From the human T2T-CHM13v2.0 reference genome, Homo sapiens, in assembly GCF_009914755.1 (NCBI RefSeq), contig NC_060929.1: a stretch of 64,000 nt of DNA; one strand, given 5' to 3'. The notes under the pieces were generated by a model. It was not told the origin of the DNA. It worked only from the letters and a program-made list of their open reading frames with translations, and made no database searches. A program made the translations under genes and the position numbers. This document shows, piece by piece, positions 1 through 14,600 of the stretch; within the stretch, counting starts at the first letter, position 1; the number at the start of each line of letters is the position of its first letter.

Positions 1-253
1 GGGCCAGATGAGATGAGATGAGATGTCAGGGAGAAATAAGGGGCAAATTCCTTCTTCTTCTGCCTTTTGTTCTATTTCAAGCCCTCAATGGATTGGATGA
101 TGTCTACATTGGAGAGGGCAATCTGCTTTACTGAGTCCCATGACTCAAATGCCAATCTTATCCAGAAACATCTTCACAGATACACCCAGAAATAATGTTG
201 AATCTGGCCATCCCTAGGGCCAGTCAAGTTGATACACAGAATTAACCATCACA
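1..253 (-). mobile_element. MLT2-type (ERVL) LTR fragment
   Basis: Ends in ...caagttgatacacagaattaaccatcaca, the reverse complement of the MLT2 5' end TGTGATGGTTAATT. Confidence 0.7.
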
Positions 254-254
254 G

Positions 255-1745
255 TCAGCTAGAAGTCTAGCAATCTTATTGATCTGTTCAAAGAACCAGC
301 TTTTTGTTTCACTAATTTTCTGTTATTTTTATTTATTTATGTTACTTTTTTTCTTTCCTTCCTTTTTTTTCAGCATGAACTATCAAGCAATCTATTGGTT
401 TTTTGTTTGTTTGTTTGTTTTCATGTCATTTGGCCTTTATTGTTTACTTTCTTCTGCTTGTTTTGGACTTAAATTTGCTCTTTCTCTTTTTTTTTTTGGT
501 TTATTAAAGTGGAAGCTTAGATATATTTTTTTTAATTCTTTCTAATTTGGTCTTGAGGTCTCTCTCTGGAAAGTGGCTATAAAATGCATCCTTGCTGTGA
601 TGGGACTCCCTGATGGTTACGGATGCTTACAATGTACATTTCATGGGACACTTCTTTATCCTGGGGGATGGATGGCCTAATGCCTAAGTGTCTGACCCAT
701 GCCCAGGTGTCCCTTTCACAGTATGCTTGTTTTACTGGCAGACACCCTGTGGTTCCTTGTTGGCCTGTGTCTAGTTTTTTCCTACCAAGATAGCCTTTCT
801 CTAGGAGACCCCTGACCAGGAAAGAAGTCTGGGTTTGTCAGCAGATGAAACACAGAGGAGGCAGCACAACAAAACACATCACATAACAGAAGCAGTTTGA
901 TTCCTTGACAGAGCCCAGAAAGAACAGGGCAGCACACCTTGCAGGGCCGTTTGGGACACACATGCTCAACCAGTGGGTAGGGGCAAGAGAGAGGCAGAGA
1001 CAGAGGACTTGTGGGATTAAAGCATTTATTGGGGTCCAAAGTATTATCCAAGCAGGTTTCCCATGGGGAGTTTTCATTGGTGGGTTTAAAGCAAGCAGGC
1101 ATGAGTTCTGTGGGGCCACGCTGTGACTGAGAGATGGTTACTGTGATATTTCCGTGCAGTCCGTGTGGGGTGTGGGGGTCAGTGGGGCATGTCCATGGGG
1201 CTGTATCTAGCTTCCCCATAGGGAGGTTGTCAACCGGAGGCAATTGTATCGGGGGCTATCTAGATCGACCACATTGAGGAATGGGAAGAAGTAGAGAAAT
1301 GGAAACTGTGTCAAGTGTGACTAAGCCCTGCTCTGGCATGAGAAAGTTCAACTTATATTCAGAATTGATGCTGAGGTAACATAGCATTATAGAATTCACT
1401 ACAGTCATTGATTTGAAACCTTCAGTCTTTTCTAATATATTTAATGCTCTACATATCCCTCTAAGCACTGCTTGAGCTGCATGCCTCAGGTTTTGGTATG
1501 TTATGTTTTAGTTTTAATTCAATTCAAAATGTTTATTAATTTCTCTTTTGACTTCCTTTTGAACCATGGAATTAGAAGTATGTTACTTATTTTCAAATAT
1601 TTGGGAATTTCCAAATATATGTGAATTTTCTATGAACATTTGAAAAGAGAGTATATTCTGCTGATGTTGGGTGGAGCATTCTATAAATATTAACTGGCCC
1701 AAGATGGTTGATAGAGCTATTCAGGTCTTCTGCATCCTGTATTCA
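255..1745 (-). mobile_element. Old antisense L1 fragment interrupted by an ERVL-class LTR (about 546-1380, MER54/MER73/MER74-like)
   Basis: T-rich antisense L1-like sequence on both sides of a more GC-rich block with LTR-like ends. Confidence 0.55.
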
Positions 1746-2529
1746 GGATGATAGCGACATTAAGTGGAGGGAGGTGAGGATCATATTTGGATGGTGGATC
1801 ATATTTGGATGTTGGATTATGGCTTTCAGTAATGAGCTTAATTATTACATTTTTATACATTTTAAAAATCCCACAAATAAGGCATGAACCAATGGTCAGA
1901 GTGTGTTATGAGCCAAGGATTATGATTGCTATTTCTCAGAAAAGAAAAAAAAAAAGGGATTTAATTTTTGTTTCTTGGTGCATTAAATTTTGAATTTTTC
2001 ACTTTGTGATGAACTTATTACTTAATTTGGAGCCGGAAAGGAGAAGGGACTATCCTTTGATATTGGACTCTAAAGTTCCCTACAAGAGTCCCCCAAAAGA
2101 ATCTGCTTGGAGTTAGAGGAAAAAAAACAAGACCCCAGGGCTGCAGACTGGTGAGCCGGCAGGAAAGTAGAGGAAGGTGAAGTCAGAGAAGTGGGCAGGG
2201 CCAACTTGTGTCCAAACTGTAGGCTGGGATAAGAGATTGGGGTTTTATTCCAACTGTAATGAGAAGCACTGGAGGGGTTAAAGTAAGAGAGTGACAAGAT
2301 CAAATCTACATCTTAAAATGCTCCCCGTGCCTGCTATAGAAGAACCATGACAGAGGGGCAAGGCCTCAGGTTATTTAAGGAGGGGGCTGCTACAATAGTC
2401 CAGGTGAGAGGGAGTAGGTAGTAATAACTTTGGAGGTGGAGAGATGTCATACTCTTCAGGATACATTTTGGAGTTAGGTCATGAACGAAAGAGCAAAAGA
2501 ACTGACATCATCACTGTCACCATCACCAC

Positions 2530-2700
2530 CATCACCTTTTCTAATATGTACTGAGTGTTATTTTGGTGCCAGACATAGGACTACTAAGCATTTCACATGC
2601 ATAATATCTTTTAATCCTCAAAATAATCCCTATGTCATAGGTGCTATTAGCCCCATTTTACAAAGAGAAAAGGAGACTTACAGAAGTTAACTTGATTAAC
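2530..2700 (-). mobile_element. MIR
   Basis: tttaatcctca...ccccattttacaaagagaaaa core. Confidence 0.65.
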
Positions 2701-3767
2701 TTCTTTGTTTGTTGGTTTTCAGATTAGTAATAAGGCAGAATTTTGATTTTTAAGTTTAGAAAAAATTTTAATGAATGTGAACTAAATAAGGCACAAAATA
2801 GATGGAAACAGAATAGACAAACATCGGGAAAACTAGAGAGTTATCATTAAGATTAAAGTATTTTTATTGTAAGTTTCAACCTGCTATCTTTGGGTTACTA
2901 TGGAGTATATGAAAACCAAGAGACACCATCACTAGAGAATCCTATTTGGTAGCTCTTGCAATGTGGGGGGAGTGGGAGCAGGAAGGAGAACAATTTTCCC
3001 TCTTTTCTGTTATCTTCCAAGTAGAAGGAGTTTAATTAATAAACTGGTTTCTGTCTGTCACTTTACTCATCCCATGCCAGGTAAGGATGTGTGACATCTG
3101 CATCACATTTAGAAAGAGTAGTCTAGGCATGTTCAGCTTTTCCTTTTTGAGACCCAGCCTGACCACAGAGCATGCATTTCTCCTTTTTTTTTTCCTAGGC
3201 AGGCCTTTTTCTCCCACCAACAGCCTAGTGCTGCCAGGATAGGCTGCCATGTCTGTCTTCTGCTGGGAGGTCTCAGTTACAATCCATTTTGCTCCTACTC
3301 TAAGCTTTCCTCCATTCTCTGTCCTGGCCTTGCACGCCAATAAAGGTGGCATTTGGGCCTCTGCTTGTCTTACCCCTTGTGCTATTTCTCATTTGGTTTA
3401 ACATTTAGTTGGGGTAGAAAGGCATTTCTATTTGACTTCTCTCAGAGACACCCCACTCTCTCCAACCAAGAAGAAAGGTAGGTCTTCATGTATTAGATCA
3501 GTTGATGAGGAGATTTAGGTCAAGAGTGATCATGATTCTTAATAGCACCCTGGGCAGAGCTAGCCATTTTGGGAGAAGAGCCAAAGGTTTTTACAATGTT
3601 GACGATGAATACTGGAACATTTAGGGGGGTTGGGAATGATTCCTAGTACTTTAGCTAGAAAAAGGGAGGCAGCAGTTGCTATGGAAATGTGACAAATTAA
3701 AATAACAGCTTTAAGTGAGCATGAAGAAGCAGTGAGGGTAACACCGATGATTACGTGCTCTGTGTAA

Positions 3768-4152
<385 letters not shown>

Positions 4153-5264
4153 TGAATGAGATTTCTTATCCTCTCATTCTAGCTACTGCTTGGTGCAGTG
4201 ATTATTTCTTCTCACATCTATTCCAAGGTAGAACTAAAGAAATAAGTCTGTGTTGCCATATGATCTTACTAATATTCAGAGCTGATCTTTAAAATCTGGT
4301 TATTATAATTAAACCTCTGTGCAGGATCTAGGGGGAGTTGACAAAGCTGTTCTTTGATGCTCTTTGTAAAATTCCTGGAAGGGAGGTATAATTTTAAGAT
4401 GCATATTAAAAGTTATTCTCCAGGTGTTCTTGAGCTTGGCTGAGAACCAAGCAAAGGGAAATAAGCTTCTATTTCAGTAGAGACCTTTGAGTTCTAAGCA
4501 AAGAAAGATAATTTTTCTTACTAGGAAAAGAAAGATAATTTTTCTCACTGCAATGTGAGAAATGTGTTAGAATCTCCTTCCCTGGAGAGATTTCAGAACT
4601 GGGTAGATGGACCAGATCTGGGTTGTCTATGAGTTCAGTGGGGAAACAGTTGATCTTTGGTGATGGAGCATGGTAGAAGTGACTCTTGCAGCCCTTGCAT
4701 TCCACAGTAAAATGAAAAATCATCAGGATTATTTCAAGATTATTCAAATATAATATGTAAATGAGTATAATATATAAATATAAAAATTCCTACCAAAATA
4801 AGCATGCAAAATGTCAGACACTTTATATTATTAAGACTTTGTCGCTTAAAGGGCTTTACTGTAAAACAGTTTTTTCCTTTAAAAAAAAAGAACAAGAGAG
4901 AAAAGGAAGGAAATAGAGGAAGAAAAAAGAAAAGAAGAAGAGAGGGGGTTCTGGGTTTGTATTGCTGTACAAAAGAACAGAAGCAATTTTTCTATGGATT
5001 TAAAAATTGCTTTTTGATCTCGTTGGTTCTAGCAATCATTACTAATTATGAGGATAGCCAAAATGAATGACTCTGTAGCCAGTTCATAGATACAGCCATT
5101 TCGCATACTATGGAATAGTGTGCTCATGTATGTGTGAATTTTAAAATTACTTAGATGGGTTTTAAGTTAGAATTCACAAACATATTTAATTATTTAGAAA
5201 ATAATATCTTGGAGTTGTTACCAAGTAGTTGTATATAATACTCCCTTTGAAACTAAGTGTGCAT

Positions 5265-5629
<365 letters not shown>

Positions 5630-6609
5630 TTATAAATGTGACTTCAAGGATAAGGCAACATCACATGGCACATATTCTCAACCTGAGTTTCATCTCAGTG
5701 TCTCTGTCAAGGTGGACACCACAGGTGCCTGGTGAGAGCATGTTTTGAGGCTAGTGGAGGCCTTTTCCTTTCCTGGGACCCAGGTCTGTGAGGCTCAAGC
5801 GTCTCTTCCTAGTCTTGCCTTGATTACCACACTAAAAGTGTCATTTAGCAAATCCTTCTAATAAAGGCTCTTTTGTACTTTAGGTAAAGAAACCCATATG
5901 AGAGTGTCTTGTCTATTATGTACCTACCACTTTGTCTCCTTCATTTAATCAGCCATTGCCTGGGGAAGAGGTGGGGCTGACCTCAAGAAAGGTCACTGGT
6001 TTGCTGGGTGAATATCCCAAAGGTGTTTACATTTCTGCATGTTACTGGGCTGGGAGGATTTTGGGGGCAAGGACTGTATTTTTCACTTTGTATTCCTGGT
6101 AAAGAATGTAGCACGGTGACAGTCAGTATTTCTTGAATGCACAAATTTGTTTCAAGAGCAGGCCTCCTGTCTTAGTTTAGCTTGAGCAGCCCAGAACACA
6201 ATTAAGTGCTATTAATCTGGCATATCATCTGTGTTCCAAGAAGTCAAAGGGAAACCTAAAGTGAGAAACATGAACATTTAAATTAAAAGCACTTACAACT
6301 ATTTAATGTAGCATCCTGATTCTAATTAATGCAGAAGTTAATTTGATGAAAATTGGCAGAAATCATGGCAGCAATTTTGCTCTGAAATTGATAAAGGGTT
6401 ATACAGTACCTCCTGCTCCTTGGGGAATGGAGGGTGCTATGAACTGATGTAACCTGGATTTTGTGTGTTCCCATTTTCAAGTGGCAGAATTCTATGGAAT
6501 ACTTGAATTAATTGATTTTCCCATTATAATTGCCTAAAGACTCAGGCCTTGGGAGTCATAACCATGTGGCACAAAGTGGGAATTAATTATGTGGCATTTT
6601 TTGATAGGA

Positions 6610-7030
6610 TCATTCATTCATTCCGTATATTTTACTGAGCACCAACCTGGGCTCCAGGTATGTATCAGTCAAATAGACATAGTATCTACCCTCATGGAGC
6701 GTGCCTTGTGATGAAGAAACAGCATCAATAAGTACATGAGAAAATAAATCTCTCAGTGCAAATTGTGATATGTGTTATGATGAAAGTGAATAGAATACAC
6801 GGAGAGCTAGAGAGGTGTGAGGTGACTTCACAGAGAGAATAGTATGTGCAAGGTCACTTGGGTGCAATGGAGCTTGGCATGTTGAGGGTGCTGAGAAGCT
6901 GAGTGCGAGCCAGTGTGCCTGGAACATGTTCAGGATGAGGAGCTGGTGTTAAATGAGGCAAGAGAGACCAGCAGGGGCCACGCCATGCTGGGCTTTGTAG
7001 GAGTTACGTGGATTTGGATTTTGAATCACT
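6610..7030 (-). mobile_element. L2 fragment
   Basis: cattcattcattc...tttactgagcacc L2 3'-end signature. Confidence 0.6.
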
Positions 7031-7339
7031 ATGCAAAGACCATTATAATTGATTGAAACATTTATGCAAGTTTTGGTCTGAGAGCGTTGAATGAATAGAG
7101 ACTGTGCACCTGTTAGTCTTCTTAAGGTAAATATTAGAATTCTTAAGTTAGATCCATTTTTGTTCCTGTGGGAACACAATTCTATATGGTCATATGTGAT
7201 TATGGGAAGATAGATTTTTGATATTCAAATATTCAGGTAACATATCATTTAGTTATATATAGTAAATAAAAAAATGAAGCAAACCCAAGTTGTGTCCAGT
7301 TGTAAAGAAGGCAGCATGGCTGTACAACTTCCTGTTCTC

Positions 7340-7852
7340 CTGTGGAGACAGTAGAGGGGAAATTTTCCATGTGCCTCTGCATTTTCTGCCTGTATTGTGA
7401 GCTAGTCCCTAACTGCTCTTTGTTCTGAATACCTTTTCTAGGATGTTTGTATAGGGAGAAGCCTTGAACGGTAGAAATCATGTCCCCTTTGTAGCAAAGG
7501 ACAGGCTTGCTTATAGCATTGGAAAGTAGAGGTAGTATTTCCCCTCAGAGCAAAGGGCAGATAGGTTTACTACTCACTATAAAAAAATTGGGGCTCCGTA
7601 AGCTCAGGGTTTCTCTCCTGAGATGAAGCCCACTGTGTGTGCAAGTATCCATCTGGGCCTACCTACATTATTCCGAGGGGAAGGGGAGCTGACCAAATAT
7701 ACTGATGCTTGTGTCACTTGCTGTGCGGTGAGTAATAAAGTCCTTTTCTCTGACCCAGGAGTCTGTGTCTTCTGTCAGCCTCCATAAAACTGTCAGGGTA
7801 ACTAGTTAGCTTCTAAGTGAATAAAATCTCAGACCCTTCACAGTTCTTCACA
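7340..7852 (+). mobile_element. LTR fragment (ERVL-class; subfamily uncertain)
   Basis: tataaaa and aataaa in LTR-like order, tg...ca ends. Confidence 0.5.
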
Positions 7853-8140
7853 GAGGCTCCTCAGCAGTCCGAGCAGGAAGGTACAATGCCAGGCAGGTGA
7901 CACCCTAGAGCTTTGCAGCCTCTAAGATGTCCAGTGAGCATTTCTTGTCACTGTGTGAAACCTACATGTGTGAAACCTACTGGCTACTAATTATTATGCC
8001 TTGAATATTCTTAACCAAGTGGGAGAATGTTTCAACAACAGAAAGAATACTATGTTACAATTTTAGGATCAGGACATAAAATCTATTAAAATGATACTTT
8101 ATTTAAATTGAAAATATTGTGTGTGTGTCTGAAAATGTAA

Positions 8141-8492
<352 letters not shown>

Positions 8493-8677
8493 TAGTAAGG
8501 GACTAACACTGTCCTTTCTCAGGGTTCACAGAACCATTATTGTCACAATGCAGGATCATCATTGGCTTGGGCTCTCACTTTCTCCTGACCAGGGCCTTGA
8601 GGAGTAGGCACTGCCACTGCTCCCATAAGAGAATACCAAGTACTGCTCTGGCAGCTGCAGGAGATGTTCTGTATCTT

Positions 8678-9121
8678 GCCTGTCCAATACAGGGGGCACT
8701 AGCCACAAGTGTCCACTGAACGCTTCAAATTTGGCTTGTTTGAATTGAGATATAAGTAGCATGGTGGCTCATGCCTGTAATTCCAGCACTTTTGGAGGCT
8801 GAGGCAGGAGGGCTGCTGGAGCCCAGGAGTTTGAGACCGGCCTAGGTAACATAACAAGACCCCCATCTCTACAAAATATAGAAATAAATAAATTTTTAAA
8901 ATTATACGCTAGAGTTCAGATTTAGGGCAGAAAAAGAACATAAAATGTTTCACTAATAATCCTTAAAATTGAGTATGTTTGAAATGATAGTATTTTAGAC
9001 AGGTTAAATAAAAATACTGTTAAAATTAGTTTCACCTGTTTATTTTTACTTCTTTTTAATGTGACTAGAAAATTTTAAATTCCATATGTAGCTCTCATTC
9101 TATTTCTATTGAACAATGCTG
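8678..9121 (-). mobile_element. MER33-like hAT-Charlie element with an inserted Alu monomer (FLAM, about 8761-8890, +)
   Basis: ctgtccaata...tattgaacaatgctg terminal inverted repeats; Alu left monomer inside. Confidence 0.7.
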
Positions 9122-9124
9122 TTC

Positions 9125-9295
9125 TAGATCCTTGCTACTCAAAGGGCGGTTCTCAGGCAAGCAGCATCACCATCATCATCATCTGGGAGCTGGTTAGGAA
9201 TGTGGTATCCTACACCCCACTCCAGACCTACTGGGTCAAAATTTGCATTTTAACGGAATCTCATGTGATTTGTATGCACTTTACACTTTGAGTAG
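9125..9295. mobile_element. MER5A-like DNA transposon
   Basis: gctactcaaag...ccagacctactg...tgcattttaac. Confidence 0.65.
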
Positions 9296-9317
9296 CTGAG
9301 CTTCCCTAAGACTAGGA

Positions 9318-9500
9318 CTGGCTGGTTTAGCAAACTAAAAATATAAGATGCCCAGTTAAACTTAATTTTCAAATAAACAATTAATACATTTTAAATATAG
9401 TATGTCCCAAATATTGCATGGAACATACTTATATTAAAATCATTTGTTATGTTTCTGACATTCCACTTTAACAGGTTATCCTATAGGTTATCTGTCAACA
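9318..9500. mobile_element. MER53-like palindromic DNA transposon
   Basis: tttagcaaa...gatgcccagttaaa...tatgtcccaaatattgcatggaacatac. Confidence 0.6.
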
Positions 9501-10188
9501 TTACCTAAAACTAAACTTCTCTTATCCAGACCTGCTTGTTACTTGAAATTCCACAGAATCAGGAAAAGAACAGAAAGAGAAAAGGAGAGGTGAAGAGTAG
9601 AAGCTGGGGGAAATGAAAACGGAGAAGAAAAGGGAGTATGAGGAGGCAGTAGGAATTAGATGGGGCACGGAAAGGCCACATTTAAGGCCAGCGACCCTTT
9701 TTATTTTACAATTTTTGTTAGCAACTTTCTTCCTTATTCCTGCATTCTCCCACTTCCTCTAGTCATTCTGCTTTATTCTCCTCTTCTTATTTTCCGTTGG
9801 GGTCCCCTGAACTATGTTGGAAGAAAGTGGTGTGTGAGAGGAATAGGAATGTCTGCTCAGCGCCAAGACCCCAGCTTTCCTATAGTCTATCATCTCTGAA
9901 ATTTTACTTACAAATAGCCCTTTTCCGCTACCAGTACTTTGTCTTTAAGCCATCAAGGTTCCTAAGTGCCCCCAAATGGTGGCACTTGACACTTTCGTTT
10001 TGGAGGATTTTCTTTATTGTGGCATTTTAATTGTATTTTTTAAAAATGTAAAACAACTCTTAGGAATTTTGTCGTTTGTTTTGTTTTTCAGGCTTTTTAG
10101 GGGAGTGAGGTGAAAGGAGAGGCCAGCAGGGAAGGAATAACAATAGGCACTCTATTTAGCTAAGCACTGAGTTAAGAAGAGGCTTTCA

Positions 10189-10527
<339 letters not shown>

Positions 10528-11237
10528 TCACAACAATTAAGTGTGCCTGTCCCCACTCTGCAGATGAGGAAACAAGGCTCTAGAGGGAAAATAACCTGCC
10601 TGGTGTCAGCTTGCTCACTGGTAAGCAGCTGGCCAGGCACTTCAGCTTCTGACTCCAAAGCCAGTGCTCCTCACCATTGCTATCCACACCTCTTGGCAAA
10701 TGGAGCCTTATGAATTCAACAGGAAACTGTGAACTAGGACATATATGTAACTTTAGGGAAGTTCCCGAGATTTTTATTTATTCACTTGAAAAATATATGT
10801 AAAAATATATACTTCATAGATTTTGGGGAGAAATTAATAGCTTCCTGAAGTGTAGTATGAAATATATAATAGTATGACATATATGTAGTATGAAGTATAT
10901 AAAATAAAGAGTCTTAAGAGTTACATGACAGTATCAAAACAATGCAAATTTCTAAAATGAGCTTAAGTGGCAAATATATTTTCTTTAAAAATTGGCTCCT
11001 TAATAATCTTTCCATGAGATGAATAATTAAAAACCTAAATATTTGTTTCACTCTATACTCTCAGCATTATCAGACCCCTCCCTTCCTCCCCTCACCATGG
11101 AATACATTCTGAGAAAGCTGCCCTGTTATTGGTTAAATATGCTGTCAGTCACATGGCATGAAAAGTACTGCCTCTGCTCTGTTTGCATTTATGAATTAAC
11201 AGATTTGCTTGCTTTGAAGAAACTGATTCTTTTCTTG

Positions 11238-11333
11238 ATGGGAAAAAAAAATCTTGTTTAGTTTTTCACTGATTTTTTTAGGTATAGGACTTTCACTAAC
11301 CTTGGACCATATATTTGCCAGGAAGAATGTAAG
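11238..11333 (+). pseudogene. ATP6AP1L: ATP6AP1L coding exon 1 (signal-peptide exon, frameshifted)
   Basis: ATG GGA then an A run. With one A removed it reads MGKKILFSFSLIFLGIGLSLTLDHIFARKNV and ends at consensus donor AAG|gtgagt (phase 2). Confidence 0.8.
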
Positions 11334-13831
11334 GTGAGTAACTGCACATCTTTTAAAGCAATGTGTTTGTGAACTTAAATGCAAGTATGAAATTAGGTGG
11401 CTCTGTGATTTCTTTATGTTGTTTCATATCGACATTTACTTGTGATTCAAAATGAATAGGCTAGATCATACAGGTAGCTACAAAAATTATTGACCAGAGT
11501 TTATGCTTGAGGTAAAAATATAAGCTTTTTTATAAGAGGCAAGGGTTACTTGTTCAAAATATCCAAGAAACTTTTGTAGTATGTATCAAAGTATTTATCT
11601 GTGAGAAAATGACTCCTCAAATCAGTTTTCAGATTTCTTTTATACTTACAAGTGAATGTTAATTCCACAGTATCCCCTGCCATTATTATGTGAGAAAAGA
11701 GTAAGAAAAAAATTGAAAACCTCAGAAATATATATCCTGTCCTTCAAAGAAAAGGTGTTAAATTGTTTTAACTGTTAAGAGATGGCAATTAAATTCCTGT
11801 TTCTATTTCTGTTGTCCCTTTGGCTTCTTTATACGTCATATAAGGAACACTTAGAGGTTTTTCTATAAAAAAGAATATTCAAAATCTGAATAGCAATTAA
11901 GGTATGTCATGTCCCCCACTGACTCATTGTGTGCCATCTCAACAAATGCTTCAGGGAATTTAGTGTGAACATAGCAGACAGCAGCAAGCAGGAGAATATG
12001 GCAAAACTCGGGTTAAAGACTCCTTAGTCCACAACTGATAAAATCTATACATATAGACATTAACAATTTTTTTCTTCCATTGTTTCTGAGTCAATTGGTG
12101 CTTTCCTGCAGGTTCACTTTTGAATAGTGACTTCTATTCTTTAGTGGTTAAAGCCTAGTTCTGTTTCCCCACCTGGGTTACACAGAAATGCCTGATTTGT
12201 GTATTACACTAGTAAAATGTACACCAAGAATTAGAAAAATCCTAGTTCTGTTTTTAAGACAAAGTTAATGGGCTTAATTTTAGCTTCAGAAGCTTTAGAT
12301 CTTAGAAATCACATAAGTCAATGATCATTTGAATCTAATATTATGGCTCATTAATTCATTATGAAGGAAACAACAGTTGTTGTTTTGTGTGTTCTTTCAA
12401 ATAATGGATCTGAAATTTAAAATATCTTTCAACTCCCTGGGGCTATTCAATATTCTGTCTGTAGGAAGGAGGATTGTAGTTTAAGCTCGATACACGGTTT
12501 CTAAACATAGAGTGAGTAGGGGTCATTATTCTCACTTTGCACATTTCTTCCTCAAGTTGGGTTTATTCTTGATCCAAAAAGAAATCCTGTGTGACCTCCC
12601 ATTTTCCACTTTGATTTCAGAGTATTTTCATCAATTTCTTAGTTCATTTGTGCATGCAACACATTTTAAAAATAATTGGTGCTTTTAAGTAGCAAGGCCC
12701 CATGCTAGATGCTGGGTCTACAATGGTGAGCACAACAGGGATAGTCCCTGGCCTCACGGACTAAGTCTAATAGGGAAGCCCTTGTTAATCAAATGATATA
12801 TATTATTCCAAATAAACTTTGAAATGTGTTGTGAAAGAAAAGTATAGGAAGCAATGAGCACATACAACAGGGGGATTGGAACTTGCACAAGTTAGGGATT
12901 GTGTTCCTGAGGAAGTGACACTTACGCCATCATCTGGAGGAGATGTAGAAAATAACTAGGAGGATGGAGAACATTCCAGGTGGAGGGACCAGCAGGTGCT
13001 AAGGGAAAAATGGACCATGAAGTGTTCAAGGAACTGAATAATGCTAGAGTAGCGGAAGCAGAGAGAGAAGGGAAGAGGTGAAATAAGGCAAGCACAGCTG
13101 GCAGGCCGAAGTCTGCCTGGGTAATGTCTGGGTATTCGTGCCTCTTTCATATATTGTATTCAGTTACGTTTTAACCTGTACTACAAAGTCTGGAGTTTAG
13201 GTAGGTTAGATGATTTGGCTAAAGCATATCTCTATTATAATTTCATTATTACTTGGATGGGAACCTCACTTTTGTTGCTCAGGAAATTAAACTTGTACTC
13301 ACAAGAGACTTAATATAAACCGTAATGCTAATTTATAAATTTCTAAAGGAAGACATCTTTTTAAAAAATTAAAATAGAAAAATTTATCAAAGTAATACAT
13401 GTACATGGTTTCAAAAAATCAAAAGGTGACAAGACACATTAAAGGAAAAATTGTCTTCTAGTTACTTCTATAGGCAAACATTTTCAAATTTTTAGTTGTT
13501 TCTTCTGTTGGCCACTGCTTGTATTAGTCACCTTTTTTCTAGAAACAAAACAACCCCTACATTGCAGAAGTTTGCAGCCTCAAACATTTCTTTCTTGCTC
13601 CTCTTACTTCTGACAGCTACAGGCGGGCTGCTGTGACCCTGCTTTAGCTCTGTTTCCACTTCTCATTCCAAGTCCCAGACTGAAAGAGCAGCCCCTATTT
13701 GGGCATGCCATTCTTATGACAGAGGGAGTGGGGCAAGAGATGGCAGGCACATGCAGACACTCGCAACTTCTGCAGAACTGCCACACTGTTGCTTCTGCCC
13801 ATATTCCATTGGTCTAATTAAGATGTATAGC

Positions 13832-14600
13832 TGAAACTGGAGAGTTCCGTGACCCCCCTTGCAGGACATGCAACAGGGGTGTGGTGCATCTGTTTGGCCA
13901 CTGCCACATGTGCTCAAACCTTTTACAAGAAGGGGAGCATGCAGATGGGCAGGTGCAGGAACCAGGGCAAGTGATTTTGGGTTCTGGCCTCATGGTAGCA
14001 TCTAGGCTTGGGTTCCTGTGACTCTCAAAGCCCCAGTGGGTGTGCTACAGTGCTCTTTTAGCTCTGCCATCTTCAGACAGCTTAAGTGTTAACCAGCTTA
14101 GTGCCCTCTTGGACCCCGGGTTTTTGTTTGGCATCCAGGAAGAATCAGGTCACACAGGGCTGGAAGGATGGTGAATGTGGGGGTTATACTGAGTGGTGGA
14201 GGTGGCTTTCAGCAGGCTGGATGGGGAGCTGGAAGGGTGATGGATTGGGGGATGATCTTCCCCTGGAGTTTGGCTGTTCAGCAGCTGATCTCCTCTCTGA
14301 CTGTCCCCAGCCAAACTCCTCTAGATGTTCAGATGCTGCTTCTCGTCTCTCTTCTCTGTCATGCTGTTCTGCTGCTCTTCTGTTCACCTGTTCATCTGCT
14401 CATCTGCTTGTGGAGCCTGGGGTTTGGGGTTTATATGGGTACTGGATAGGGGGCCCTGGTGGGCCAAAAGGCAACATTGGGGTGCAGAAACAGGAATGCC
14501 TGTTCCCATTTAGGGCCGTGGGTTTCCAGGCTTAAGGGTGGGGCCTTTGCCAGGAACTGCCCCCTTCTATCCAGTATTTCCTCGTCTGCTGTTCATATAA
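13832..14600. mobile_element. MER52-like ERV1 LTR nested in an older MLT1 LTR (about 13520-14725)
   Basis: Starts tgaaactggagagttccgtgacccccc; 4-bp TSD tagc at 13828-13831 and 14601-14604; MLT1-like sequence resumes on both sides. Confidence 0.7.

Noticed and set aside
782-1243. 153-aa minus-strand ORF and overlapping ORFs
   Set aside because: Inside an LTR relic, with no recognisable domain.
11243-11252. A AAA AAT as a programmed -1 frameshift site rescuing the gene
   Set aside because: Rescue needs +1 (or -2). A -1 shift enters the wrong frame.
14086-14535. 149-aa ORF
   Set aside because: Inside the MER52-like LTR; a GC-rich chance ORF.
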